Of a stretch of DNA of 39,731 nt, positions 28,634 to 37,392 are shown piece by piece. Numbering within the stretch: the stretch's first letter is position 1; the number at the start of each line of letters is the position of its first letter. The position numbers and the translations under genes are program-made. Location of the stretch: NCBI GenBank assembly GCA_039585935.1, contig JBDGUY010000008.1, forward strand, positions 1-39,731, in the 5' to 3' direction. Source of the stretch: Gemmatimonadota bacterium. Lineage in GTDB: Bacteria; Gemmatimonadota; Gemmatimonadetes; Palauibacterales; Palauibacteraceae. The notes below the pieces were generated by a model. That model saw only the letters and a program-made list of their open reading frames with translations, did not search any database and was not told the origin of the DNA.

Positions 28634-29992
28634 TTACAGTAGAACGGCCGTTGCAAGGCCGAGCAACAACATGAAGCCCGTCAGGTCCGTCAGGGCGGTG
28701 ACGAACACGGACGATGCGACGGCTGGATCGACGCCCAGGCTCTCGAGCAGGATCGGGATGAACGCTCCCGCGAACGAGGCGACGACCATGTTTCCCCACA
28801 TGGCCAGGAATACGACTGCGCCGAAGCGAAGGCCGGCATCGAACAGGAGGTGTCCGGCGGCGGCCGCCACCACACCTACGACCAGGCCGTTCAACAGCCC
28901 GACGATCGCTTCCTTGCGGACTACACCCCAGCGCTGCGACAGGGATTCATCGGATACCGCGATTCGACGGATCGTCACGGCCAGCGCCTGTGTTCCCGCG
29001 TTCCCCCCCAGGCCTGCGACGATCGGCATTACGACGGCCAGAAGGACGAGCGCCTCGATCGTACCCTGATATCGCCACACGACCGACGCGCCGATCGTAG
29101 CCGTGGCGAGGTTGAGCAGCAGCCAGGGTAGCCGGCTGCGGATCGCGTCCAGCGTCGACCCCCTGACTTCTTCCTCGTCGGACACGGCCGCAAAGCGGAG
29201 AATGTCCTCGGTCGTCTCGGCCTCGATGACGTCGATCACGTCATCGAACGTGATCTGGCCCACCAGTCGGCCCGCTTCATCGACCACGCCGATCGAAGGA
29301 AGGTTATACCGCGACAGAGCCCGGCCGACGTCCTCCTGGTCCATCGTAACTCGCGCCACGACCTCCGGCTGGGCCGTTATCTCCGAGATTGGCAGATCGG
29401 GATCCGACACCACGAGATCCTGGAGGGACACCACGCCTTCCAGCAGACCATCCCTGCCGGTCACGAAAATCGTATAGAAATCGATGTCCTCCTGGGCCTG
29501 CCGCCGGAGCTCTTCGATCGCCTGCATGGCGGTCAGCCGAGAGTCGACCTCCAGGACATCGTGCGTCATGATGCCGCCGGCCGATTCCTCCGGGTAGCTC
29601 AGGAGTTCCTGGATCTCCGTGGCATCCGGCACGGAGACGGAAGACAGCACCCTGGCCTGGTCCTCGGGCTCCAGGTCACCGATGATGTCGGCCGCATCAT
29701 CATCCGCCATCTCCTCGACGATTTCCCCGATCCGACCCGGCTCGAGCTGAATGAGGAGTTCGCCGGGCTTCTCGACATCCTCCATCTCGGCCAACGCGTC
29801 GGCCGCGAGCTCCGCGGGCAGGAAGGCGACCAGCGAAACGCGCTGGTCCGGTTCGAGGGACTCGATCAGGTCGGCGACGTCGCTGCCGTGCAGGTCCTCG
29901 AGATACAGACTCAGTGACGGACCGTCTTCGCGCGCGAGCAGCTCCCTGACCCGTTCCGTGATCCCGGCCATCCGGTCCTGGGATTCGGTCAT
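28634..29992 (-). CDS. mgtE: magnesium transporter MgtE
   Basis: 452 aa. MgtE N-domain (DVADLIESLEPD), tandem CBS domains, and a 5-TM C-terminal domain with P.VAGLGGNAG.Q and DPA..SSVFVTALTD. ATGA overlap with the DUF502 gene. Confidence 0.92.
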   Translation of the reverse strand: MTESQDRMAGITERVRELLAREDGPSLSLYLEDLHGSDVADLIESLEPDQRVSLVAFLPAELAADALAEMEDVEKPGELLIQLEPGRIGEIVEEMADDDAADIIGDLEPEDQARVLSSVSVPDATEIQELLSYPEESAGGIMTHDVLEVDSRLTAMQAIEELRRQAQEDIDFYTIFVTGRDGLLEGVVSLQDLVVSDPDLPISEITAQPEVVARVTMDQEDVGRALSRYNLPSIGVVDEAGRLVGQITFDDVIDVIEAETTEDILRFAAVSDEEEVRGSTLDAIRSRLPWLLLNLATATIGASVVWRYQGTIEALVLLAVVMPIVAGLGGNAGTQALAVTIRRIAVSDESLSQRWGVVRKEAIVGLLNGLVVGVVAAAAGHLLFDAGLRFGAVVFLAMWGNMVVASFAGAFIPILLESLGVDPAVASSVFVTALTDLTGFMLLLGLATAVLL

Positions 29993-30606
29993 TGGCCTAC
30001 CTCCGAGGTGTGCAAGGTCGGAGCAGCGACTCCGACCGAGAGGACGAGTTTGAGCCCGTCCTCGACGCTCAGAGACAGCCGATGCACACTGCGCCTCGGA
30101 AGCACGAGCAGAAATCCGGAAGTCGGATTCGGAGCGGTCGGCAGGAATACCGTCACCGACGGCTCGCCCGTGATCCCTTCGATCTCAGGAGGTGAAGAGG
30201 CCGTCTCGAATCCGAGTGCCCAGGTTCCCGGTCCGGGGAATTCGATCAGAGTGCAGTGCTGAAACAGCTTGTCCTCTCGATCGAGGACCGACTGGAAGAT
30301 CTGCGACGACGCAGAGTAGATTCGACGCGCGAACGGCAACTTCGCGAGGCCGGTATTCCACCAGTAGAGAAGTCGTCTCCCGACCGCGATCTGAGATGCC
30401 CAGCCGACCAGCACGACGATAGCGGCCAGCGTCACAAGTCCGAGGCCGGGTATCTGACGAACTCCCAGGACTGGCAGGTAACGGCCGAGAATCGGATCCA
30501 GACGCTGGAACAACCAGACGAGGATGTACGCAGTTACGCCGACCGGCGCGATTACGATCAGGCCAGTGACGAAATAACGCCGGAGTCTGTGCAGGAACGC
30601 TCTCAT
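29989..30606 (-). CDS. DUF502-domain membrane protein
   Basis: Start ATG 30606 with SD AGGAG. RRYFVTGLIVIAPVGVTAYILVWLF..LD, IPGLGLV....IVLVGW, LP.ARRIYSASSQI, VFLPTAPNPTSGFLL..P is the DUF502 signature. Confidence 0.8.
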   Translation of the reverse strand: MRAFLHRLRRYFVTGLIVIAPVGVTAYILVWLFQRLDPILGRYLPVLGVRQIPGLGLVTLAAIVVLVGWASQIAVGRRLLYWWNTGLAKLPFARRIYSASSQIFQSVLDREDKLFQHCTLIEFPGPGTWALGFETASSPPEIEGITGEPSVTVFLPTAPNPTSGFLLVLPRRSVHRLSLSVEDGLKLVLSVGVAAPTLHTSEVGQ

Positions 30607-30658
30607 TCGTCCGACTCCTGGACCCGGCAGGTGGCTGAGGGGTGCGAGCCCGGACAGG

Positions 30659-31138
30659 CTAGCGGACTTCCAGACCCCGAAGCAACTTTTCCTGCAACCG
30701 GTACATCTCCGACGCACTCCGGTCAGGGCCTTCCGGGTGATCGTAACCGACTACGTGCAGGGTGCCATGAATCACCAGTCTGAGAATCTCTTCCAGCAGG
30801 TCAACGCCGAGCCCGGCCGCGTTCTTGCCGGCCGTATCGGGCGCGATGTAGACGTCTCCGAGAACCGATTCGGCGGAACCCAGAGAAAACGCGATCACAT
30901 CGGTCGAACCGGTCCGGCCCAGCCACTCGACATTCAGTCGTGCCATCTCGTCGTCATCCACCAGCGTGATCGACAACTCTCCGTCTGTCAGCCCCGGGTC
31001 CGCTCCGATTGCCGTCCGGGCAGCCGCGACCATCGCAGACCGTGCGTCCGCCAGGGCGGGCCAATTCTCGAGACCGTTGAGGTGGATCGTTACACCGCCG
31101 GGGCTCGATTCGGCGCCGGAATGCTCAGGAGGAGGCAT
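30659..31138 (-). CDS. ybeY: rRNA maturation endoribonuclease YbeY
   Basis: ELSITLVDDDEMARLN..W.G....TDVIAFS and the zinc motif HGTLHVVGYDH. The ATG at 31138 overlaps the pgpH 3' end by 14 nt. The longer track ORF start (31315) would lie deep inside pgpH. Confidence 0.85.
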   Translation of the reverse strand: MPPPEHSGAESSPGGVTIHLNGLENWPALADARSAMVAAARTAIGADPGLTDGELSITLVDDDEMARLNVEWLGRTGSTDVIAFSLGSAESVLGDVYIAPDTAGKNAAGLGVDLLEEILRLVIHGTLHVVGYDHPEGPDRSASEMYRLQEKLLRGLEVR

Positions 31139-33470
31139 CGCTCGACACGCCCGGCTCGACAGTCTCGGTCTGCGCCCGCGGGAGGCTGGCCAGATCGTCG
31201 GTCCCGACTCCGACCTGCCGCTTCGGATCGCCGCTCGTTCTGCCGTCAGTCGGGAGGACTTCTTCTCGCGCCCGTACGCCCGACGGATACTCGATCCTCC
31301 GGTGATACATGCCAATCAGGATCCGTGCGAACGCGTCCATCGTGCGCTCGAGATCTCGGAGAGTGAGGGGGCACTGGTCGAGCTGTCCTTCTTCAATTCG
31401 GGCCTGAACGATCGCGTCGATCGTGGCCCGGATTCGCTCTGGAGTCGGGTCCTGAAGCACCCTCGTGGCTGACTCGATTCCGTCGGCGAGCATCACGATC
31501 GCGGTCTCACGGGTCTGCGGTTTCGGTCCCGGATACGCAAAGTCGCTCGAATCGACGTCGGCTTCCGGGTTCTCGCTCCGCGCTTTGTCCAGGAAATACG
31601 AGATCACGCTCGTTCCGTGATGCTCCCGAATACAGTCGTGAATGAACGGTGGAAGCCTGTGCTCCGTCGCGATCCTGAGACCGTCGCGCACGTGATCCCT
31701 GATGATCGTCGCGCTGCGCGCGGGGGGAAGCCGATCATGGGGATTCCGACTCTTGGGTTGGTTCTCGACGAAGAATTGGGGGTTCTCCATCTTCCCGACA
31801 TCGTGGTAGTAGACCCCCGCTCGGGCGAGAAGCGCATTGGCCCCGATCGACAAACACGCCGCCTCCGCCAGGTTTGCGACGCCGATCGAATGTGCGTAGG
31901 TGCCCGGGGCTTTACGCGATAACTCTCTCAAAAGAGGTGCGTTGAGATCAGACAGTTCGAGCAGAGTCTGATCTGTGCTGATGCCGGTGGCTTTCTCCAG
32001 CAGCGGGATCGCCGCGCCGAGCGCCAGGAATGTGTAGACGGTTGCCGCCACGAGGCCCCAAGCGGAAGTCTCTGCCGGTATCCGCAGCGGCAGCGACTCG
32101 AGCAGCCCGACCGAGAACCCCGCGACCAGGTACGCCCCGGCGATCGCCGCGATCAGTATCCAGCCGTGTGTCCGCTTGCGAACGCCGCGAACACCTAACG
32201 CAGCCACCGCTCCAGCCGCCAGAAGCACGAACGGGTAATACGCCGCATTCAGCTCCGTCAGGCCGGCGAGAATGACTGAGGTCACCACGACGGCGATCAG
32301 CGACACCAGCCCGTCCCACAGAGCCGCCAGCGGAATTGCCATGAGTACGATGGGCACGAGCTCAGGCGGGAATTCCACCCTGTAGATCACGCTGGCTCCG
32401 ATAAGTCCGAGTGCAACCAGGCCCATGACCAGCAGATAGCTTCGCGCGTCGCGATAGATAATCGGCCGGAACAGCATCAGAACCGCTCCGAACAACCCCA
32501 GCATCAGAGTGCCGAACAGGAAGCTGCCGACTGTAGTTCGGCGTCGGCTTCCGAGGCTGGCGACCCCCCGTTCGGCGAGGGCCTCGTTATACGCCTGCAG
32601 ACGCAACAGGTCCCTCTCGGACACGCGCTCGTGTGCAGCGATGATCCGCTCTCCCTCGAGCACCGTGCCGAAGATCGTGTCGACTGCGGTCCGGGCCTGA
32701 AGCCGGGCGAATTCCGTCGCGTCGGGATCGAACCTCAGGCTGGGAACCGTGAAACGGAACAGAAGATTCTGATACAGCTGAAATCCGGCCAGCGAGAGAT
32801 CCGTCGGAGCGAACGCCAGGGCTTCCTCCAGAAAGCCACCCACGGTCTGCAGGGAGTCGCGCGGAATCCGCCGATCGCCATCGGGCGCTCGAATGATGAT
32901 CACGCCGGATGCCGGACCGGGAACGTCCAGAATCGGTGCAACGCCGAGCGGAAGCAGCTCCGCGTATGCCCGATCGAGAGCACTACGCAGGGAACTTCGA
33001 TCCGCCTCGACGGCCAGGAATTCCTCCTGCTCCGCGGTTAGCTGAAATCCGTATCGGTCGGAGAAGTCGTCAGCGTGATCGGCCTCGGGAACGGCAAAGG
33101 TGGAATCGACTCCTTCGAAGAACACCCGGGTAAGCGTCCTGGCCGAGTCTGACGCCTCCGGCACCAGGCTGTACACCGGTGCCACGACTCGCTCGGATTC
33201 CGCCCGCTCGGCTGCAAGCCGTGACAACGGTTTCGGAACCACGAATTCGAATGCGGCGATCACATCCTGGTCCGCCACGGCTCCCTCGCTGAGCGTGACG
33301 GCCTCGGGGAGTGGTGAGCGCGGGAACAGGAACGGAAGTAGAGCCGCGAGCAGCAGGACCAGCAATCCGCGCGCCCCGTGGTGCGCAGCGCGATCGCGCC
33401 AGCTGTCGCCGGGCCGTCGATCTACGGCCCGGACCGTGTCGCGCCAGGTCTCCCGGAACCGGGCGCTCAA
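31125..33470 (-). CDS. pgpH: 7TM-receptor HD phosphohydrolase (PgpH/YqfF family, cyclic-di-AMP phosphodiesterase type)
   Basis: 781 aa. N-terminal extracytoplasmic domain, seven TM helices, and a C-terminal HD domain (GTYAHSIGVANLAEAA, YYHDVGK, EHHGTS, LADGIESATR). TTG start overlaps the phoH stop (TTGA). Canonical phoH-pgpH-ybeY order. Confidence 0.85.
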   Translation of the reverse strand: MSARFRETWRDTVRAVDRRPGDSWRDRAAHHGARGLLVLLLAALLPFLFPRSPLPEAVTLSEGAVADQDVIAAFEFVVPKPLSRLAAERAESERVVAPVYSLVPEASDSARTLTRVFFEGVDSTFAVPEADHADDFSDRYGFQLTAEQEEFLAVEADRSSLRSALDRAYAELLPLGVAPILDVPGPASGVIIIRAPDGDRRIPRDSLQTVGGFLEEALAFAPTDLSLAGFQLYQNLLFRFTVPSLRFDPDATEFARLQARTAVDTIFGTVLEGERIIAAHERVSERDLLRLQAYNEALAERGVASLGSRRRTTVGSFLFGTLMLGLFGAVLMLFRPIIYRDARSYLLVMGLVALGLIGASVIYRVEFPPELVPIVLMAIPLAALWDGLVSLIAVVVTSVILAGLTELNAAYYPFVLLAAGAVAALGVRGVRKRTHGWILIAAIAGAYLVAGFSVGLLESLPLRIPAETSAWGLVAATVYTFLALGAAIPLLEKATGISTDQTLLELSDLNAPLLRELSRKAPGTYAHSIGVANLAEAACLSIGANALLARAGVYYHDVGKMENPQFFVENQPKSRNPHDRLPPARSATIIRDHVRDGLRIATEHRLPPFIHDCIREHHGTSVISYFLDKARSENPEADVDSSDFAYPGPKPQTRETAIVMLADGIESATRVLQDPTPERIRATIDAIVQARIEEGQLDQCPLTLRDLERTMDAFARILIGMYHRRIEYPSGVRAREEVLPTDGRTSGDPKRQVGVGTDDLASLPRAQTETVEPGVSSDASS

Positions 33471-34486
33471 GCGCCGTCTCCAGCATCGCCGGCCTCATCC
33501 CGTTGGGCGTAGGCACGAATGATGTCCTTGACCAGCCGATGTCGCACGACATCAGTCTCGTCGAGATAGATGAAGGAGATCCCCTCTACGTCCAGCAGCA
33601 CACGCTCGATGTCGAGCAGACCGGAGTCATCGGGCTGCGCGAGGTCGATCTGCGTCTTGTCGCCGGTAATCACGGTCTTGGAGTTCAACCCGAGCCGGGT
33701 CAGAAACATCTTCATCTGGGCCGTCGTGGCGTTCTGTGCTTCATCCAGGATCAGGAACGCGTCGGACAGTGTTCGTCCACGCATGTACGCGAGCGGCGCG
33801 ACCTCAATGACGTGCTCCTCGATCGACTTTCTCACTCGTTCCGGCGGCATCATGTCTTCGAGGGCGTCGTACAGAGGCCTCAGATACGGATCCACCTTTT
33901 CTCGAATGTCCCCCGGCAGAAACCCGAGCGCCTCGCCGGCCTCGACCGCCGGACGCGTGAGGATGATCCGCCGCACACGCTTCCGCATCAGGGCATCCAC
34001 CGCCATTGCTACCGCGAGGTAGGTCTTTCCCGTCCCTGCCGGTCCAATACCGATCGCGATGTCATGCTCCCGAATCGCTGTGAGATAGTCACGCTGCCCG
34101 GCGGACTTGGGACGGATGACCTTCCGGGCCCCCGGAAGCGCAATCGTCTCCTCAGCCGATTCCGCACGCAGCTGGGCGGGCTCGGACTCGGCTTCGTGGA
34201 AGAACCTCTCGACATCGGCGGTGTCGAACGGCCGTTGCAGACGCGCCAGCCGGATCATCCGTTGTGCCACCGGCGCGCAGCGCTCGACTGCTTCCACGGC
34301 ACCGGACAGGATCACCTCGTCTCCGCGAAGAATGACCCGACAATCTCCGAGCCGAGCCAGTGTCTTCAGGTGCCCGTCATTCACTCCAGCCAGGATCAGC
34401 GGGTCCGCGCCCGCCGCCGGGATTCTGTGTTGAATCACTGGTGCGTCGAGCGCTTCCGTCGACGTCTGTGCTGTCTCTTCTGACAT
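33467..34486 (-). CDS. phoH: PhoH-family ATPase (YbeZ/PhoH-like)
   Basis: Start ATG 34486, which avoids overlap with aspS. Q..Y..AI..HDI..GIGPAGTGKTYLAVAMAV (Walker A), IILTRPAVEAGE.LGFLPGD, FLILDEAQN, GDKTQIDL. Confidence 0.9.
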   Translation of the reverse strand: MSEETAQTSTEALDAPVIQHRIPAAGADPLILAGVNDGHLKTLARLGDCRVILRGDEVILSGAVEAVERCAPVAQRMIRLARLQRPFDTADVERFFHEAESEPAQLRAESAEETIALPGARKVIRPKSAGQRDYLTAIREHDIAIGIGPAGTGKTYLAVAMAVDALMRKRVRRIILTRPAVEAGEALGFLPGDIREKVDPYLRPLYDALEDMMPPERVRKSIEEHVIEVAPLAYMRGRTLSDAFLILDEAQNATTAQMKMFLTRLGLNSKTVITGDKTQIDLAQPDDSGLLDIERVLLDVEGISFIYLDETDVVRHRLVKDIIRAYAQRDEAGDAGDGA

Positions 34487-34520
34487 CTCTACCTGTCCGG
34501 GCCGGGATTCCGAGGCGCAG

Positions 34521-36320
34521 TCACTCGAGCCGCAGCCCGAGGTCGGCGAGTTCTGACGCATCGACTGCCGATGGAGCGCCTTCGAGCAGTCCGCGGGCAG
34601 CCGTCGTCTTCGGAAATGCGATTACCTCCCTGATCGAAGTCGTTCCGACGAGCATCGCTACGATCCGGTCGAGGCCCATGGCGAATCCGCCGTGGGGTGG
34701 AACCCCGTACCGGAACGCCTCGAGCAGAAATCCGAATCGCGACTCGATTTCCGTCTCTTCCATACCCAGGACCCGCAGGATCGCTCTTTGGAGCTCCGGT
34801 ACATGGCAACGAATGCTGCCGCTGCACAGCTCGGTTCCATTGAGCACCAGGTCGTAGGCCCTGGAGCCGACCTCAAACGGAGCCGACAACAGTCTGTCCG
34901 GGTCCGTCTCGGTCGGCATGGTGAACGGGTGGTGGCTCGCCATCGGGCGACCAGTATCCGGATCCTGCTCGAACAGGGGGAAGTCGGTTACCCAGGTCCA
35001 ACGGAGCCGATCCTCGGTCGCGTCCAGTTCGTCGCCGATCGATCGTCGCAGCGCATCCAGAGCAGGGGACGTCTCCGTGTCCGGACCGGCGACCATGATC
35101 ACGAGGTCACCCTGCGCTACCCCGTGCGCCGCTGCCAGCCTCGCTCCCGCCTCACCGTCCAGGAATCGGGCGGGCGGTCCCGACCAACCGTCCTCGTTCT
35201 TCTTCAGCCATAGTGCGCCCTTGGCACCCTGCTGGCGAGCCAGCTCGTTTGCGACATCGAGTCGGGCCCGCGACAGGGACACACCACCCGGCACGACGAA
35301 GCCGCGGACTCGACCGCCCGTTTCTCGGACCGCGTCCACGATCCCGAAGCCCAGGCCCGACAACTGGTCGGTGAAATCCCCGATGGTCCACGGAATCCTG
35401 AGGTCCGGCTTGTCAGTGCCGTACCTCTCCAGTGCATCGGCATACGTCATCCGCGGAAATGGCGTCTCCACCTCCACACCGACCGCCTCCGAGAACATAC
35501 GCTCGAGCATCCGCTCGGCTACGCCGAACACGTCGTCCTCGTCCACGAACGCCATCTCGACATCAACCTGCGTGAATTCGGGCTGGCGGTCTGCTCGAAG
35601 ATCTTCATCGCGCAGGCAACGAGCGATCTGAAAGTACCGGTCAAATCCGGCGACCATCAGCAGCTGCTTGTAAAGCTGCGGTGACTGCGGAAGGGCGTAG
35701 AATTCTCCCGGATGAACTCTGCTCGGAACGATATAGTCTCGCGCTCCCTCAGGTGTCTTGCGAGTGAGAAACGGAGTCTCGATCTCCAGGAATCCCTCGG
35801 CGGACAGAGCCTGACGAGCGGCGTTCGTCGCCCGATGCCGAACCGCGAAGTTCGACTGCATCTCGGGGCGACGCAGGTCCAAAACGCGGTGCCGAAGCCG
35901 CAGCTCCTCCGACGGAAGGTCTTCCTCGGGCGGCACCGCGACGAGGATTGGTAGCGGCGCGGACTCCGACAGCCGCCGGATCGCCCGAACCCGGATCTCG
36001 ACCGAGCCGGTCGCCATGTCGGGATTCACCGCATCCTCAGGCCTGGCATCGACCGTGCCCTCGACCGCCAGTACGTCCTCCGGATTCAGACCGCTCAGCA
36101 ACTCCATCGCCTCGGCCGACGTCCACTCCGGATTGAACGCGAGCTGAACGAGGCCTGTCCGGTCGCGCAGGTGGAGAAACACCACCCCCCCCAGGTCGCG
36201 TCGCCTGTGCACCCAACCAGCCAGTCGCACGGCGCTGCCGACGTGCTCTCGCCCGACCAGGCCGCACGGGATCTCTCTCCAGGCCGTTGCGCCCGGTACC
36301 GCCCGTTCCACTTCGCTCAA
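34521..36320 (-). CDS. aspS: aspartate--tRNA ligase (bacterial type with GAD insertion)
   Basis: 599 aa. OB anticodon-binding domain (VRLAGWVHRRRDLGGVVFLHLRDRTG.VQ), class II motifs (FQIARCLRDEDLRADRQPEFTQVD; GG.R; HPFTMP; GFAMGLDR). TTG start. Confidence 0.95.
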   Translation of the reverse strand: MSEVERAVPGATAWREIPCGLVGREHVGSAVRLAGWVHRRRDLGGVVFLHLRDRTGLVQLAFNPEWTSAEAMELLSGLNPEDVLAVEGTVDARPEDAVNPDMATGSVEIRVRAIRRLSESAPLPILVAVPPEEDLPSEELRLRHRVLDLRRPEMQSNFAVRHRATNAARQALSAEGFLEIETPFLTRKTPEGARDYIVPSRVHPGEFYALPQSPQLYKQLLMVAGFDRYFQIARCLRDEDLRADRQPEFTQVDVEMAFVDEDDVFGVAERMLERMFSEAVGVEVETPFPRMTYADALERYGTDKPDLRIPWTIGDFTDQLSGLGFGIVDAVRETGGRVRGFVVPGGVSLSRARLDVANELARQQGAKGALWLKKNEDGWSGPPARFLDGEAGARLAAAHGVAQGDLVIMVAGPDTETSPALDALRRSIGDELDATEDRLRWTWVTDFPLFEQDPDTGRPMASHHPFTMPTETDPDRLLSAPFEVGSRAYDLVLNGTELCSGSIRCHVPELQRAILRVLGMEETEIESRFGFLLEAFRYGVPPHGGFAMGLDRIVAMLVGTTSIREVIAFPKTTAARGLLEGAPSAVDASELADLGLRLE

Positions 36321-36322
36321 CT

Positions 36323-36778
36323 TCAGGTCTCCCGGTCGAACTTCGGATCAGGCTTCCGGTTCGACCTGCGCATATTCATTCCAATCGCGATTCCGACTCC
36401 CACGCCGGCGACGTCGGCGAACCAGTCCGCCGCGGAAGGCGTCCGACCACGAATCCAGTATTGATGTAGCTCGTCCGCCCCCGCGAAGATGGCGAGCAGC
36501 GCCATTGCGAGCCAGCCGGCGTGTCTCCGATTCCAGTTCCGCGCGTCGACGCCCCGTGCGGTCCGAGCCGACGGAGCGACCACAAACGCCCGTGCGGCAA
36601 GGGCGCCCAGAACGCCGTAGAGTGTGAAGTGAACAACTTTGTCGGCCCAGGGCGGCAACGCTGTCGGCACAGCGGAACCCGGCACACTGGTGGCGGTGAG
36701 AATGACCAGGGCCCATAGGGCTGCGGCGACCTGGTACGTCCGGCGTTCGTCATTCGGGTTGGAGACGGGCGGAGTCAA
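36323..36778 (-). CDS. VanZ-family membrane protein
   Basis: 151 aa, 4 TM. DKVVHFTLYGVLG and GADELHQ.WI.GR..S..DW.AD..GV are VanZ-like signatures. The TTG start overlaps the ptsN stop (TTGA). Confidence 0.7.
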   Translation of the reverse strand: MTPPVSNPNDERRTYQVAAALWALVILTATSVPGSAVPTALPPWADKVVHFTLYGVLGALAARAFVVAPSARTARGVDARNWNRRHAGWLAMALLAIFAGADELHQYWIRGRTPSAADWFADVAGVGVGIAIGMNMRRSNRKPDPKFDRET

Positions 36779-37263
36779 AAGCGCTCGGCTGCAGCGACCA
36801 GCGACAGAAACTCCCCCGGGTCCCGGGAAGCAACGAGTACGTCGCGGGTCTTGTCGACTCGCAGCAACTCACTGATTCTGCCGAGCGTGCGCAGATGGAG
36901 ACCGGTCGCTCTCTCCGGACCGGCGAGCATCCAGACCAGTCGCACCGGACTCCCGTCCAGCGAGTCGAAGTCGATCGGATCAGCCGCCGTCCCGACGGCC
37001 ATCGTCAAGCGTCGGAGCAGCGGGCTTCTGGCGTGCGGGAGTGCGATTCCGTTGCCGATCCCGGTGCTGAGTACAGATTCGCGCCGCTCCATCGCTCGGT
37101 GGATTTCGTCGGTCTGATCCGCCACACCCGCATGGACAGCCAGGATTTCGCTGAGCTCGTACAGGATCTCACTCTTGTTTCGAGAGGCGAGCGGAATCCG
37201 GATCTGTTCCGGAGCGAGAAGATCCGCGATCGTGGGGTCCGGGCCCGGGAAACTCGTATTGAT
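36775..37263 (-). CDS. ptsN: PTS EIIA-Ntr-type nitrogen regulatory protein (PtsN-like), apparently initiated at a non-canonical ATC codon
   Basis: The track ORF (GVA... from GTG 37125) contains ERRESVLSTGIGNGIALPHAR, the phospho-His motif. The same frame stays open upstream to a TAG at 37294-37296 and encodes IADLLAPEQIRIPLASRNKSEILYELSEILA, the conserved EIIA-Ntr N-terminus. There is no ATG/GTG/TTG in that stretch. An ATC at 37263-37261 sits 6 nt downstream of GGAGG (37274-37270). The 3' end is firm; the 5' end is inferred. Confidence 0.65.
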   Translation of the reverse strand: MNTSFPGPDPTIADLLAPEQIRIPLASRNKSEILYELSEILAVHAGVADQTDEIHRAMERRESVLSTGIGNGIALPHARSPLLRRLTMAVGTAADPIDFDSLDGSPVRLVWMLAGPERATGLHLRTLGRISELLRVDKTRDVLVASRDPGEFLSLVAAAERF

Positions 37264-37392
37264 CGACGACCTCCGAAGGGAACGGTTGAACCGCTATCTT
37301 CGTATTCACGGCGGCCGGTGCGCCGAAGAACATCAAGATACCGGGAATGCAGGCTGGCCAGCAAGAAATCACACGAGTGGAGGAGAGGAAGC

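Noticed and set aside
29993-30060. Possible M-box (Mg2+) riboswitch upstream of mgtE
   Set aside because: The mgtE start overlaps the DUF502 stop (ATGA), so there is no leader region to hold a riboswitch.
33311-34483. 390-aa plus-strand ORF
   Set aside because: It is antisense to phoH. Shadow ORF.
36895-37392. N-terminal 166 codons of the 531-aa ORF containing rlmN
   Set aside because: This part is antisense to ptsN and Arg-rich. RlmN homology begins only at ...DLLGMTPERARRIL, and a GTG with a strong GGAGGAG SD is at 37393.
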